64,000 nucleotides of DNA from Cetorhinus maximus (GCF_964194155.1 NC_135885.1:51212001-51276000), one strand, 5' to 3'. Counted from the stretch's first letter, positions 37,071-51,421 are shown. The notes: generated by a model not told the origin, from the letters alone. Numbers and translations: made by a program.

Positions 37071-38339
37071 CAGTAAGCCCTTGCCTTAAATTTCCCCACT
37101 TAATGCTATTTCATTTTTAAAGTAGTTTATTCTTCAGGGCCTTTTTCCCTCAATTTTCTTCACCGTTTTTGTTTTTATGTCGTTTGCGTGCGTCGTTGGC
37201 AGAGTTGCATTGTCATCACCATCAGCAGAGCAATGAAACAGTGTTGTCAGAAGGTTTTCTGCAACCTCAGCGGTTGGCTTGGCAGATTGATTCCCAGATC
37301 AGCCCTGCTCCCGCCCTTCTCCAAAGGACCAAAAGTACTACCGATTCATTATTCCCACATCCAGGTAAAAGAGAATGGGGCAGAAATCTGCTGGGGAGAT
37401 CAGTGGGGTAAGAGACCTGCCAGGGGATCAGGATGGGGAAAGACCCACCATGGGATCGGGGGTGGGGAGAGACCCATTGGGGGAATTGGAGGTGGGGAGG
37501 GTGGGAGACCCGCTAGGAGATTGGGTGGTGAGACCTGCTGGGGATCAAGGAAAAAACTCACTGTGTAACTTAATTCTTATGGGAAAATCTGATTTGTTTA
37601 ACATTATTTCGCTTAAAAGTTGCACTTTTAAGGAACACAACTAGGAAGTTAAGTGAGGAATTACTGTATAGGATGCAATGCAGCTCACCAAATTCCCTAC
37701 CTAACCCCATTGTGGGAGTACCATCAGCACAAGGACTGCAGCAGTTAATGAAGAAGGACCACCCCATCTTCTCAGGGAAACTGGGAATGGACAATAAATA
37801 TGTCCCTGTCCCTATGTCCCGCAACCCAAGAAAAGATTTTCAAAAATCAAACGTTAACAAAATGGTTCCATACCTTTTCCACACAAGAAAAGAATGAAAC
37901 TGTCTGAAGGTGTAGTTAACAGGAATCCCTGGGTAGCAGAATGAATCCCACTGCAAGTATATTGTACAACCAACCCTTTCTCAGCATTGGGTGCTCTAAT
38001 ACTTCTGAAGGTCATTCCTAATGAACCAGCAGAATGCAAAAATCTGTACAAGCAATTTTTTACACACACAACTTGTGTTCTGTAAAAGACCCAGAAATAA
38101 CTCAGATATTCAAAAGCTAAGTTCATTTTGATATTTATAAACCTAACATAAAACTTTGCAGCAGCAAGTTCAGTCTAAGTCTTCATATTACTCCAGATGT
38201 TGAACCGAGTCTTCTCTTTAATTCATTGTTGACTAATTCTAGTTCAGGTAGCAAAACAGGTGTCCTATTCAACCCTAAGCTGTGCTTTAAACCCTATTTC
38301 CTATCACAGAGACTGCTTACTTCCATTTCTGAAACAGTG

Positions 38340-38880
38340 TCTATCTTTGCCATTGAAGCCCTTATACATGCTTTTGTTAACTCCAATCTCAATTATGCCA
38401 TTTCCCTCTATTCTGATCTCCCATCTTTCACTGTCCATAAACTCCACTGTAACCAAAACTCTGCTGCATGTATCTTCTGGCACGACATTACAGTCACCCA
38501 TCCCCCATTTGTCTCACCTACGTAGGCTACATTGCACAAAGAATTAAATTTAAACTCTTTGTCCCTGTCCATAAATGCCTCCATGTATCAAACCAATCTT
38601 CTCCAGACCTATAACCCCTCTTTGAGGTTGAAATCTTCTGACTTTTCTTTTCTGTGCATATCCTCCAAACTGTCTCAGTACTACTTTCTGCAACTTCCTC
38701 TTCAAGCCTCTCTACCTCTCCCTCTCATTACTTTTAAAGTACTGTTTCAAGACTGATCCCTTTCAACATTTCCCAGTCACATTTCCAACTTCCCCGCCTC
38801 CTGGCTCAAAATCTATTTTCTTTACGCCAATTTGAAAAACACCTTGGAACTTATCTTGGAGGCAATACATAATTGAAAAT
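38340..38880 (+). mobile_element. Old L2 3' fragment
   Basis: IEALIHAFVNSNLNY...QNSAA remnant. Confidence 0.65.
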
Positions 38881-38959
38881 TGCTGTTTTTGTAATTTGAT
38901 TTAAATATATTAATAATATTGGGACTTGTCATAAATGTAAAATAAACAGAATATCTTAC

Positions 38960-39089
38960 CTCTCAGTGAGACCATAGGCCAGGTCCAACATATCCATTTC
39001 TTCATCAGTGATGGAATCCAATTTCTTGAAAATGGATTCTTCAAAGATTAGATGACATGTGGAACATGCCAAGGTTCCTTCACATGCAC
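38960..39089 (-). CDS. FDX1: Adrenodoxin coding exon 3 (130 bp)
   Basis: Encodes [43 protein letters not shown], with the C-x5-C-x2-C 2Fe-2S ligands and the acidic partner-binding helix. Acceptor ctaatag|, donor GAG|gtaaga. Confidence 0.97.
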
Positions 39090-40039
39090 CTATTAGTGAG
39101 GCAAATACACTGTCAGCTGTATTTGCTAGCAGTTGCAATTACACTACTGCAGCTACTTTTGGAAAATACTACATGTTGCTAAACTACAGACAGAAACTGA
39201 TTTTCTTAAGGACAGGTTTAAAAATTGTACCAAAACACATTCATTTCAGAAGGATAAGAAAACTTACCAGTACCATAATAGTCCATTACTGAAGGGCAAC
39301 TAGTGATACTACACTCATATCGACAAGCATTACAGTTCTACATCATGACTTGTATTTCCTGAAGCTGTACTCCATTGCAGATGTGCAGCAATATGTGCAC
39401 TGTCACACTTGCGTATTGGCCCTGCTACTGAACCCAACAGATTTTCCTCACCACTGAACCTAGAAAATTTCCCAGATCAGTTCATTTACATAACAGTGAC
39501 TGGCTCCCATTGGAGACCAGCAGGAATTGGACAAGCACCTAATGGGATGGAAACTCTGGTGCTACCACTAAGTTTATGATAGCTTATAGGGAAGTAGTAG
39601 CAGGAGCACAGAAGAAATTCACGAACTGATGATAGCCAGAAGACTATCTGGAAAGAGATTTACTGATACAGAGATGGGGGTAACTCGGGCAGTACTTTTA
39701 GGCACATACGAAAAACCTATTCTGGGCCAGTGAATGTGCAGTGTAAGGAGCTAAATAAAGGAGATAGTGCATCCTCAATATTAGAAACTTGATGCTGGAA
39801 AAAATGTAATATTTGAAGGAAGAAAAACAGGAGCAACAGGGGGCTGGCATGGAAAATCAGGTTGTAACATAAGCAGACTATACCCACCTACTGCCATTCT
39901 TCCAAAACCATTTACAGCCCGAGATACAACTAAGCACTAATGATACAAAACAAAAATTCCCTGGCTTCTTTACTGTGAACTGTCATTATAAACCCTTTCA
40001 ACATCACCCTCATCTAAAGCAAGTGCAAACAACTCATGA

Positions 40040-43000
40040 AACTGTCACCAAGATCGAGGCAATCTGATCAGCTGGCTTGGCCATGGCCCTCCCCTTCATT
40101 AGCCCACCTTGCCAAACTTCTTTCAATGCTCCCCCGTGTCCTAGCCCTGAACTCTCACCTTTTTCTAGTTTCTCATGCCCTCTCTGAACTTTTCTTGTCC
40201 ATGAGACCCACTTCCTTCTCCCTCAGTCTTATTCCCATTAAACTGCTCACTATCCAGCTTTCCCATTCATCCCATGTTAGCCGATATTGCTAACAGTTCT
40301 TTCTCTTTAGGGGTTGTCCCTCTCTCCTTAAAATCTGTTGTCATCACTCCTCCTCAAAAAACCAAGTCTTGACACCATCATCCTTGCAAAGTAGTGTCCC
40401 ATTTCCAACCTCCCTTTCCTCTCCAAAGTCCTCGAATGTATTGCCACCTCCCAAATCCGAGTCCATTTTTTTCAGAACCTTATGTTTGAATCCCTCCAAA
40501 CATGTTTCCAACCCTGCCACAGTACTGAAACAGCTCTTACACAAGACACGAATGACATCCTGTGACTGTGCCAAAGGCAAACTTTTTCTCTTTTAAAAAA
40601 AATCCTTTTTTCCCCCAAGGCCCTCGCTCCACAGAAACAAGTGACAGATGACCCTATGTTGTGCTTTCACAGAGCGATGATCCTAGTTCAGCTATTAACA
40701 CATTCTGCTATCTTACCTAATGCCACTATCAGCACCTGCTTTACTCTTTTAACGCTACCATTAACACTCCCTTTGTCCATGACATCTTTGTCAATCTCTC
40801 CTTAGCTCCCACCTATCCCTGACCTATTTTGTTCCGCCTGCTCCACCCCCTCTTAAGCAATATAATATCCATCATATTTCTACTTCTCTTTAGCTCTGAA
40901 GAGTCATATCGACTTGAAACGTTAACTCTGTTTCTCTCTCCACAGATGCTGCCAGACCTGAGTTTTTCTATCATGTTCTGTTTTTATTTTAAACTTTCCC
41001 TCTTCTCAACTTGTCTATAGCCTCCGACATGGTTGACCACACCATCCTCCTCCAACACCTCTCCACTGTCGTTCAGCTGGGTGAGATTACTCTCACACCG
41101 TTCCATCCTGATCTTTCTAATCATAGCCAGAGATTCACTTGTCATGGTTTCTCTTCCGGCTCCTGTACTGTTACATCTGATTCACCCAAGGATCTATCCT
41201 GGGCTGCCTGCTATTGTGCATCTACATGCTACCCTTCAGTGACATCATCCGAAAGCACAACGTAAGCTTTCATATGTTCGCTGAGGACACCCAGCTCTCT
41301 CTCCCCCCACCACCTCTCTCAACTCCTCTACTATTGCTAAATTATCAGATTGCTTAGCTGGCATCCAGTACGGCTGAGCAGAAATTTCTTCCAATTAATC
41401 ACTTGGCAAGACTGAAAACATTGTTTTCTGTCACTGTGGCAAGCTCCATTCCCTAAAAAATGATTCTATCCCTCTCCCTGGCAACAGTCTAAGATTAAGC
41501 CAGTCTGTTCACAACCTAGGTGTCACATTTAACCCACAGATGAACTTCTAACCTCATATTCGCACCATTGTCAAGACTGCCTATTTTCACTTCCGTAACA
41601 TGGCCCAATTTTGCCCGTCTCAGCTCATCTGCTGAAATCCTCATTCATACCTTTGTTACCTCTTGGTTTGATCAATTCAATACACTATGGTCTCCCACAT
41701 TCTATCCTCTATAGACTCAAGGTCATCCAAAACTCTGTTGCTTGTGTCTTAACTTGCCATAAGTCCCATTCCCCTATCGCCCCTGTGCTCGCTGACCTAC
41801 ACTGGCTCCCTGTCAAGCAACGACTTGATTTCAAAATTCTCATCCTTGTTTGCAAATTCCTCCATGGTCTCACCCCTCCGTAGATCCGTAACGTCCCTCT
41901 ACACCACCGCAAGATATCTGTACTCTAATTCTGGCCTATTGAGCATCCTCGATTTTAATCGCTCCACCACAGGCGGCTGCGCCTTCAGCAGGCTACGTTG
42001 TAAGCTCTAGAATACCCTTATAGACTCATAGATGTCTACAGCACAGGAGGAGGCCATTTGGCCCATCATGTCCACGCCGGTCAACAAAAATCTGACTACA
42101 CTAATCCCATTTTCCAGTGCTTGGCTCATAGCCCTGGAGGCTATGGCAACGCAAGTGAATATCTAAACACTTGTTAAATGTTATGAGTGTTTCTGACTTA
42201 ACCACCCTTTCAGGCAGTGAATTCCAGACTCCCACCACCTTCTAGGTGAAAAAAATTTCTCCTCAACTCCCCTCTTAGCCTTCTACCTCTTACCTTAAAT
42301 CTATGCCCCCTGGGTATTGACCCCTCTACTAATGGAAAAGGTGCCTTCCTATCCACCCTATCTATGCCCCTCATAATCTTATACACCTCTATCAGGTCGC
42401 CTCTCAACCTTCAAGGAAAACAACCACAGCCTATCCAATCTTTCCTCATAACTCAGACCCTCCAGCCCAGGCAGCATCCTGGTAAATCTCCTCTGCATCC
42501 ACCTCTCCAGTGCAATCACATCCTTCCTATAATGTGGTGGCTAGAACTGCACCCAGTACTCCAGCGTTTCATACAGTTCCAGCATAACCTCCCTGCTCTT
42601 GTATTCTATGCCTCAGCTAATAAACGCAAGTATCCCATATGCCCTCTTAACCACCTTATCTACCTGCCCTGCTACCTTCAGGGATCTATGGATATGCACG
42701 CCAAGGTCCCTCTGATCTTCAGTACTTTCCAGGATCCTACCATTCATAGTGTAATCCCTTGCCTTGTTAGCCCTCCCCAAGTGCATTACCTCACACTTTC
42801 CCGGGTTGAATTCCATTTGCCACTGCTCTGCCCACCTGACCAGTCCATTGATATCCTCCTGCAGTTTATGGCTATCCTCCCTCCCTATTTACCACCCTAC
42901 CGATTTTCATGTCATCCGCAAACTTCTTGAACATACCCCCTACATTTAAGTCCAAATCATTTATGTACATCACAAACAGCAAGGGCCCCAGCACCGAGCC

Positions 43001-43325
43001 CTGCAGAACCCCACTGGAAACAGATTTCCATCACAGAAATATCCCTCTACTTCCTGCCTCTCAGCCAATTTTGGGTCCAACATGCCACTTTGCCTTGGAT
43101 CCCATGGGCTCTTACTTTCTTGATCAGTCTGCCACCTTCTGACACCTCATCATCTCTCTCAACCTCACTTTCCTCCTTTCAGACACTCCTTATAACCTTT
43201 GGCCAAGCTATTGGTCATCTGACCTAATATTTCCTTACGATGTGATAATTTGTATTATAATACTCCTGTGAAGTGTCTTGGGACACTTTATTATGTTAAA
43301 GGTGCAATATAAATATAAGTTACTG
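40040..43325 (+). mobile_element. L2 LINE (RT and 3' end) interrupted by Penelope (about 40590-40990) and CR1 (about 42020-43138)
   Basis: Remnants of [26 protein letters not shown] and LADLHWLPVKQRLDFKIL; the tail resumes at 43140-43325. Confidence 0.85.
42020..43138 (-). mobile_element. CR1 LINE, 5'-truncated
   Basis: MEFNPGKCEVMHLGR, RDLGVHIHRSLK and MRGDLIEVYKIMRGIDRVD. Confidence 0.9.
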
Positions 43326-44929
43326 CTCAATATCAATAAAGACAATAGATTCATCTATTCTAACTTCATTCTGCCACTGAAATTATTACCGATGTTTTGA
43401 GATACATGCTCAATTTGACTTTGAAGAAATCCAAACTATAAGCCTTTAAATTAGTGATTTGAACCCCATTCAATTGCAGTGTGCATATTTCCACAAACTT
43501 GGTTTCTTGCAAAAAGCATGCGATTAACTTTAATGGGAAAATAGTTAGCTCTATAACAACTGGCAGCATGAGGACAGAATTGCACGAAACGTACATAAAG
43601 GTAACTAATTAAAGTTATTACCTGAGATTTAATGATTTTTATTCCATCAACCACCTGAGTTCTAGATATGTGCAACAGCCAACCAGCATGCAATGCTGTG
43701 GCAACTTGCATCTTCAAAACCTGTCAATATTCCTCTCTTTACCCAAATATTTATTTAATGTTATATAAATGATCATTCTTAGCCATTCACTTTATTTTAA
43801 ATGCCCACACACTCCATTTCACCTTTTTTGTTTTGGAATTTGATCAGAAGATTCTACAGCCTAAATAGGGTGATTTGTGTTCATGGGATTAGATATGAGC
43901 TGTTGAAATGCATATCTGATCAAGGTAGGTTACTCTGGCCAATTGCCAGCATTTAAGGTTATAGTTTGCTTCCTGCTTGTGTCCAACAGGTTGCTGCAAT
44001 ACAGCTAGTGTGGGTAAAGAGAATTAGCATGCTTCCCATTTTTTGTGTGCTAGTTTGCTTCTAATTTTCAGATACGGCTGGCTAGCAGCAATGAGGAAGC
44101 GAGAGCTAAATACGTAAATCTCTTCCTGTCAGTACACAGTTTCCATCAGCAAGTCCTCTGCTGTACCTCCTTGTGATGACTCACGGATTGGATTTCTGCA
44201 ATGGATGAAAAAGCCACCTTGACCTGTGTTAATATTTCAAATTTGCTCAACTTTAAAGGGAGGAGAGGAGCTCATACCATTAAGCACACACCATTTTGGT
44301 GCAGTGCTACAGCTTTCACTATTGAAATGCAACATTGCATTTGGAAAGCTTATAAACGTCACCACTATATTAGTTCAGTAGTCATGAGTTATTGAAGTAC
44401 CACTGTCTACATGTCAGAAATTTATGTATAAGAATACGTTGCATTATATTTTTCAATGGTGAATTAATCATTTAAAAATAGAATCAACAAAACAGACTTA
44501 TTTATATATGTTGCAATCATATACTTCTCAGTAAAGCTGCTTATTTTGAGGCTGGCCCACATAATTTGCTCAGATATTTAAGCAAGCAAACAATACGAGT
44601 CAGTACATATTCAAAACAAATAATCTCACAAAATTACACACATATTGCAACTGTATGTATAACCTTCCTGTATGTTTCATTCTGCTTTACCCTTAGTTAA
44701 GAACTTACACCAAGTTTCTATTGAACCTAGCCCTTAATAGGAAGTTACAAGCAATTCCAAACACTTGTGTGCAATATGAATAAAATTCAGAAGTAAAATT
44801 GAAACTGTTAGAGTACTATTTTAGTTGATGACTTACTTTAGAGCACATAATAGCAAAAACTTTTGCACCAAAACCTTGAAAGAAATCAGTAGGCAAGAGA
44901 AATGTCAGAGAGTTAACACAATACTAAAG

Positions 44930-46650
44930 TCATGGAATCATTATGGCACAGAAGGCCATTCGCCCCATCGAGTCCATGCCAGCTCTCTGTGGAGCAATCC
45001 AACCAGCCATTTCTCTGCTCTATCCCTGTGGCCCTGCACATTTATTTCCTTCAATCTCCTTTTGAAATCATTGATAGTCTCTGCTGCCCCCACACTCGTA
45101 GGCTGCAAGTTCCAGGTCAATGCCACTCCCTGCATAAAATAGTTCTTCCTCACATCCCCCCACTGCATCTCTTGCCCAAAACCTTAACCTGTGCCCCCAA
45201 TCCTTCAGCTAATGGGAACAGCTTTACTTGGTCCACCTCATCTAAACCTGTCATAATCTTGTACACCTCTATCAACTCTCTCCTCAATCTCCTTTGCTAC
45301 AAGTAGAATAACCCCAGCTTCTCCAACCTAATCTTGTAGCTAAAATCTCTCATCGCTGAAACCATTCAGACTAATCCCCTCTGCACCCTCTCAAGGACCC
45401 TAACATCCTTCCCAAAGTGCAGTGACCAGGACTGGACATAGACCAGAGTTTTATAAAGGTTCAGCATAACTTCCCTGCTTTTGCACTCAATTTATGAAGT
45501 TCAAGATTCCATATGCTTTGCTAATTACTCTCTCCATACATCCTTCAAATGAGCCTCTAGTTTCTTCTGTTCCTGCGTACTCTTTAAAACTGTGCCATTA
45601 AGTCTATATTTCCTCTCCCTATTCTGCCAAAATGCATCACCTCATACCTCTGAATTAAATTCCATGTGTCACTTGTCTGCCCAATATGCTAGACTGCATT
45701 TTCTTGCAGTCAATTAGTATCATCCTTGCTGTTTGCCATACCTCCAAATTTGGTATCATTGGCAAATATTGGGGAACACCACTATCATCCTCCAGTCTAC
45801 AAAGCAGCCATCTATCTACCATGATTCACCGTTTTCGGCCCTTAAGCCAGCTTTTTAATCCCAGCTGACACTGGCCCTCCTAGGCCATAAGCCTCGACTT
45901 TGTTAACTAGCCTTTTATGTGGTACTTTGTCAAACACATTTTTAAAATCCATATAGGCAACATCCATTGGATTTCCTGCATGAACTTTCTCTGTTACTTC
46001 ATGAAAAAAATCAATTTGATTAGTCAAGCATGACATGCCTTTTATAAATCTGTGCTGGATCTTCTCAAGTAACTCAGACCTCTCCCAAATGCCTGTTGAC
46101 TTTTTTCTGCTTATTGTTTCTAAATCTGTCTGGCCTCTAGTTGGAATGATCTTCCATCTTTTCTTGAATAAAGGTGTCAAATATGCCAATTTCCAAACCT
46201 CTGACACCTCCGCTGTGTCTAGGGAAAATTGGAAGACTATGGCAAGCTATCTCCACCCCCCACTTCCTTTGACAATCTGGGATGCAAGTCATACTGACCA
46301 GGCAATTTATCCACTCTAAGCATAGCCATCATGTCCAGTACCCCCTGCCTATCAACTTGTATCCCAACTATTACCACCTCTATCATCTCCATTTCTATTA
46401 ACCAGTTGTCAGCATCCTCTTCTTTACTAAACACCGATACAAAGTACATATTAAGTACTCTAGCCTTACTCGACACCTCTAAACTTATATTATCCTCTTT
46501 GTGCCTAATAGGACCCATTCTGCTTCTTAATACCTGCTTACTATTTACATGCTGGTAGAAGATTTCTGGGTTCCCTTTTATGTTAACTGTCATACTATTC
46601 TCATATTCTCTCTTTGCCAGTCTGATTTTCATCTTCACTAACCCTCTCAA
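44930..46650 (-). mobile_element. CR1 ORF2 fragment
   Basis: QHRFIKGMSCLTN...YMDFKNVFDKVPHKRL and IKGNPEIFYQHV. Confidence 0.88.
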
Positions 46651-47234
46651 CTTATTAGCCAGATCTCCTCGCCAATGGTGAAGCTGTGGCTTATGCCACT
46701 GACTACTTCTTAAATTGTGTTCTTACCCTTTTCGGCAGCAGCAGTGGGAACTTCCTCTCCCAGCTGCAGTGTGGATCGAATGTTGAGGAGAAATGCAAGG
46801 CATAGTGGCGAGGTGTAGCTGAAGCAAAACCATGCCCCCTTTGTCTTCATGCCCGTTGAAGTCTGCCTTCAGTTCACTGTTTCTAAGTGTTATATAACTG
46901 ATTTTTAAAACATTTTTTTCATTCTAGCTCCCCCGCCAACTCCCAGTGCCTCTCACCACCCCCCTGCCCCCCATCATCATGCATCCCTCCAACAACACTA
47001 CCCTGGTCTGACATCCGCAGTACTAAGAAGCTGGTGAGGCTGGGAGCCTGGGTTGGGGTTGGAAAGGTTAGCAACACCTGAGATGATGAGAGTGTGAAGA
47101 CACTCCTCCTGATGTAAAGGGCTGGAACAGCTCTAAATAAATGAGGGTGCAACAAACTAGGTAAGTCCCAAGCAAACAGCCCAAGTTTACAGACAGTACC
47201 ATCAGCAGAAGCTCCCATATTGAACTGGAAGTTT

Positions 47235-47548
47235 TACGCTTGCTCAAGGTGACATACATCCATACACAGGCACCTGTTCTTTGCAAACAAAAAGGATATG
47301 TTTAAGCCTTGCATCTTTTTTAAATTACCCAGACGAATAGGTAGCCTATCATTCCCAGTTGCCTTTTCCATGGTAACACCTCAGCCAGAGTCGACTCTCC
47401 AGCCAATTAGCATCCCTTTCCTCTTGTAATATAAATTGTCGTCCTCGTTTAAAATTTGGCATTCTTGCATTTGTCCTGATGAGCGCATGAAAAGCTTTGG
47501 CAACAGGTCTCTCTTTTCAGCAATATTCAAGTTCTGAACTACCAAGTA
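47235..47548 (+). mobile_element. Second Penelope-like family: GIY-YIG C-terminus plus terminal repeat with hammerhead-like motif
   Basis: Translates as LLKVTYIHTQAPVLCKQKGYV*, resembling PLE endonuclease C-termini; hammerhead-like motif at 47471-47503. Confidence 0.6.
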
Positions 47549-48432
47549 AATATTTCAAACATTCCTTCCTTTCCTTTCCCATTATCCCAATCGATATTTG
47601 CATGATTAAAGTCCCCTAATATCACCACTCTATAATTCTTGCACATCTGTGATTTCCCTGCAGATTTGCTCTATCTCTCCCAATGCTTGGAGGCCTATAC
47701 AAAACCCCCAGTAGCGTGATTCTCTCTCTTTCAGTTTCAGAGTGGCACAAACCCAAAGACTCATGCTCTTCCTGTCCTTTCCTATCCTTCTGGATGCCAC
47801 CCATATACTATCCTCATCTCTTACTGCCTGTAGGGTGACCACCTCCTAGAGCGTACAATCCAAGAAATTCTAATCCTCCCTGATACTTTTCAGTGACTCC
47901 AGCTTTTGCTCAAGCTTCTAAATCCTGAACTCGGGCTCAAGCAGCTGGAGACACTTCCTACACATGAAGTGTCCTGAAGTTCCCACATGGCTCAGTAATT
48001 ACAAACAACAAGCCTTAGGTGCCCATCCATGATCTAAAAAAAATCCCAATTCCTTCTCCTAGAACTAGTTAGCATCTTGTTTAAACTATTAATTTTAATC
48101 AACGCTTCTAGATGTGCATTGCGCTAATACTCATTTTTCTTTCATAGGATTAGTGTTGCTGGCAAAGCCAACACTTATTGTCCATCTCTAATTTCCTTTG
48201 AGAAGATGGTGGTGTGTCACCTTCTTAAACTGCTGCAGTCCATCTAATGTAGGTTAATTCAGTACTGTTAGGGAGTTCCAGGATTTTAACCTCAGCCATG
48301 TCCTCTGCCTCCAAAAAGTGAGTGCCAACAGTTCTCCAAGTTTTCAGTTCTCCCTTGTATTTTTTGCATTCAACTTGCTATTTATCATGAGCTTCTTTAT
48401 CCGGTTTCATTTGAATCTTGATATCTTTAATC

Positions 48433-48880
48433 GATAGCACTTTTGCCTCTGATGTCAGAAGATTGTGGGTTCAAGTCCCACTCCAGGACTTGAGCACAAC
48501 AATCTAAACTGACACTCAGCGCAATACTAAGGAAGTGCTGCACTGTCAAAGGTGCCATCTTCCAGATGGGACATTTAATCAAGATCCCTTTTGTTCCCTC
48601 AGGACAATGTTTAAGATGCCATAGCACTATTCTGAAGAGGAGCTTGGGAGTTATCCCCAGTGTCCTGGCCAATATCTATCCCTCAATCAACATGAAAACA
48701 AATTATCTGGTCATTATCTCACAGCTGTTAGTGGGGGATTGCCTTGTGGAAATTAGCTACTGTGTTTCTTATATAACAAAAAAGTGACTACAGTTCATAT
48801 GTACTTCATTAGCTGCAAAATGCTTTGGGATGTCCAATGGTCATGGAAGGCACAATACAAATGCAAGTCCTTTTTCTTTC
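48433..48880 (+). mobile_element. Near full-length tRNA-derived Deu-domain SINE (SacSINE1-like)
   Basis: B box gggttcaagtccc, central conserved domain, L2-like tail ending aatgcaagtcctttttctttc. Confidence 0.8.
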
Positions 48881-49436
48881 TAATTGGCCCCACCCTACTC
48901 TTCCTTATATTTTTATAAAAGACTTTTAGGTTTCTTTTACGTTACCCGCTAAACTATTTTCATACATTCCTTTTGCCCCTCCTATTTCCTTTTTCAGTCC
49001 TCCCCTATACTTGTTGCATTCAATTTGCTATTTATCATGAGCTTCCTTTTTCAGTTTAATTTTTTTTATCTTTTAGTCATCTAGGGAGCTCCCGTTTTGG
49101 ATGTCCTTTGCTTCCTCCTCGTGGGAATATGTCTAGATTCTACCTGGACTATCTCCTCTTTTCTCATTTAGTGTTGTACTTGCCAATACACCTAGGCCAG
49201 ATCTCTTTTTAACTCTCTTTTATTTGAATGGTTCCACATTTGATGTTGCATTGTCCTTTTCCATAATGACATTTTTCTGATCCATGTTTCCCAAATGCTC
49301 TATCAGTGAAACATGCCCCACTTTATTCCCCAGGACTAGGTTCAGCTTCTTTCCTTGGTGGGCTGGAAACAAAGTTCAGGGAAGTTCTCTTGTGTACATT
49401 TCAGGAATTTCACCCCTATTTTTCCCTTTACACCAA

Positions 49437-51421
49437 ATACCACCATGCCAAATGGGATAGATTTCAAACAGATCTAGCAACTCAAGATTGGGCATCCATG
49501 AAACGCTGGGCCATCAGCAGCAGCAAAATTGTACTCAACCACAATCTGTAACCTCATGGTGCAGCATATCCCCCACTCTACCATTACCCACCAGGCCAGG
49601 GGTCAACCCTGGTTCAATGAAGGGTGCAGGAGGGCATGCCAGGAGCAGCACCAGACATACCTAAAAATGAGATGTCAACCTGGTGAAGCTATAACACAGG
49701 ACTACATGCATGCCAAACAGCATAAGCAGCATACAACAGACAGAGCTAAGCAACCCCACAACCAACGAATCAGACCTAAGCTCTACAATCTTAGCCAGAA
49801 GTGCTGAGTGGATCCATCTTGTCCTCCTCCGGAAGTCCCCAGCATCACAGATGCCAGTCTTCAGCCAATTTGATTCAATCCACGTGACATCAAGAAACGA
49901 CTGAAGGCACTGGATACTGCAAAGGTTATGGGCCCTGACAATATCCCAGTAATAGTACTGAAGACTTGTGCTCCAGAACTTGCCACATCCCTAGCCAAGC
50001 TGTTCCAATACAGCTACAACACCGGCATCTACCCGGCAATGTGGAAAATTGCCGAGATACGTCCTGTACACAAAAAGGACAGATCCAACCCGGGCAACAA
50101 TTGCCCCATCAGTCTACTCTTGATCATCAGTAAAGCGATGGTAGGGGTCATCAACAGCGCCATTAAGCGGCAGTTGCTTAGCAATAACTTGCTCACTGAC
50201 CTCAGTTTGGGTTCTGCCAGGGCCACTCAGCTCCTGACCTCATCACAGCCCTAGTTCAAACATGGACAAAAGAGCTGAACTCCAGAGATAAGGTGAGACA
50301 TCAAAGCAGAATTTGACTGAGTGTGACATCAAGGGGCTCTAGCAAAAAAAATGGAGCCAATGGGAATCAGTGGGAAAACTCTCCGCAGGTTGCAGTCATA
50401 CCTAGCACAAAGGATGATGGTTGTGGTTGTCGGAGATCAATCATCTCAGTTCCAGGACATCACTGCAGGAGTTCCTCAGGGTAGTGTCCTAGGCCCAACC
50501 ATCTCCAGCTGCTTCATCAAAGATCTTCCTTTCATCATGTCAGAAGTGGTGACATTTGCACAATGTTCAGCACCATTCGCGACTCCTCATATACTGAGGC
50601 AGGTCATGTCCAAATACAGCAAGAGCTGGATAACATCCAGACTTGGGCTGACAAGTGGCAAGTATCATTCGCACCACATAAGTGCCTGGCAAGACCATCT
50701 CCAACAAGAGGGTATATAACCATTGACCCTTGACATTCAATTGCATTATCATTGCTGAATCCCCCCACTAGCAAAATCCTGGTGGTTATTATTGACCAGA
50801 AACTGAACTGGACTAGTCATATGAATACTGTGGCTACAAGAGCAGGTCAGAGGCTAAGAATCCTACAGCAAGTAACTCACCTCCTAATGCCCTAAAGCCT
50901 GTCCACCATCTACAAGGCACAAGTCAGTAGTGTGATGGAATAACCTCCACTCGTCTAGATGAGTGCAGCTCCAACAAAACTCAAGTAGCTTGACAACATC
51001 TAGGACAAAGCAACTCGCTGGATTGGCACCCCATCCACAAACATTCACTCCCTCTACCTCCAACGCACAGTGGCAGCAGTGTGTACCATCTACAGGAAGC
51101 ACAGCCGGAACTCAGCAAGGCTCCTTAGGCAATACCTTCCAAACCCATGACCATCTAGAAGGACAAGGGTGGCAGACACATGGGAACACCATCACCTGGA
51201 AGTTCCCCACCAACCTGATTTGGAAATGTTCCTTTACTGTTGCTGGGTCAAAATCCTGGAACTCGTTCCCTAACAGTACTGTGGGTGTATCTACACCACA
51301 TGGACTGCAGCAGTTCAAGAAGGCAGCTCACCACCATCTTCTCAAGGGCAATTAGGGGTGGGCAATAAATGCTGGCCTAGTCAGCAATGACCACGTCCCA
51401 TAAATGATGAATGAAAAACAA
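49437..51421 (+). mobile_element. Non-LTR retrotransposon (CR1-clade/Zenon-like; family uncertain), 5'-truncated, inserted into a minus-strand CR1
   Basis: GPDNIPVIVLKTCAPELA...PVHKKDRSNPGNNCPISLL, GVPQGSVLGP and SWNSFP; CR1 remnants on both flanks. Confidence 0.88.

Noticed and set aside
48433-48500. tRNA gene (B-box match)
   Set aside because: No cloverleaf; it continues into a SINE body and tail. The same applies near 63560.
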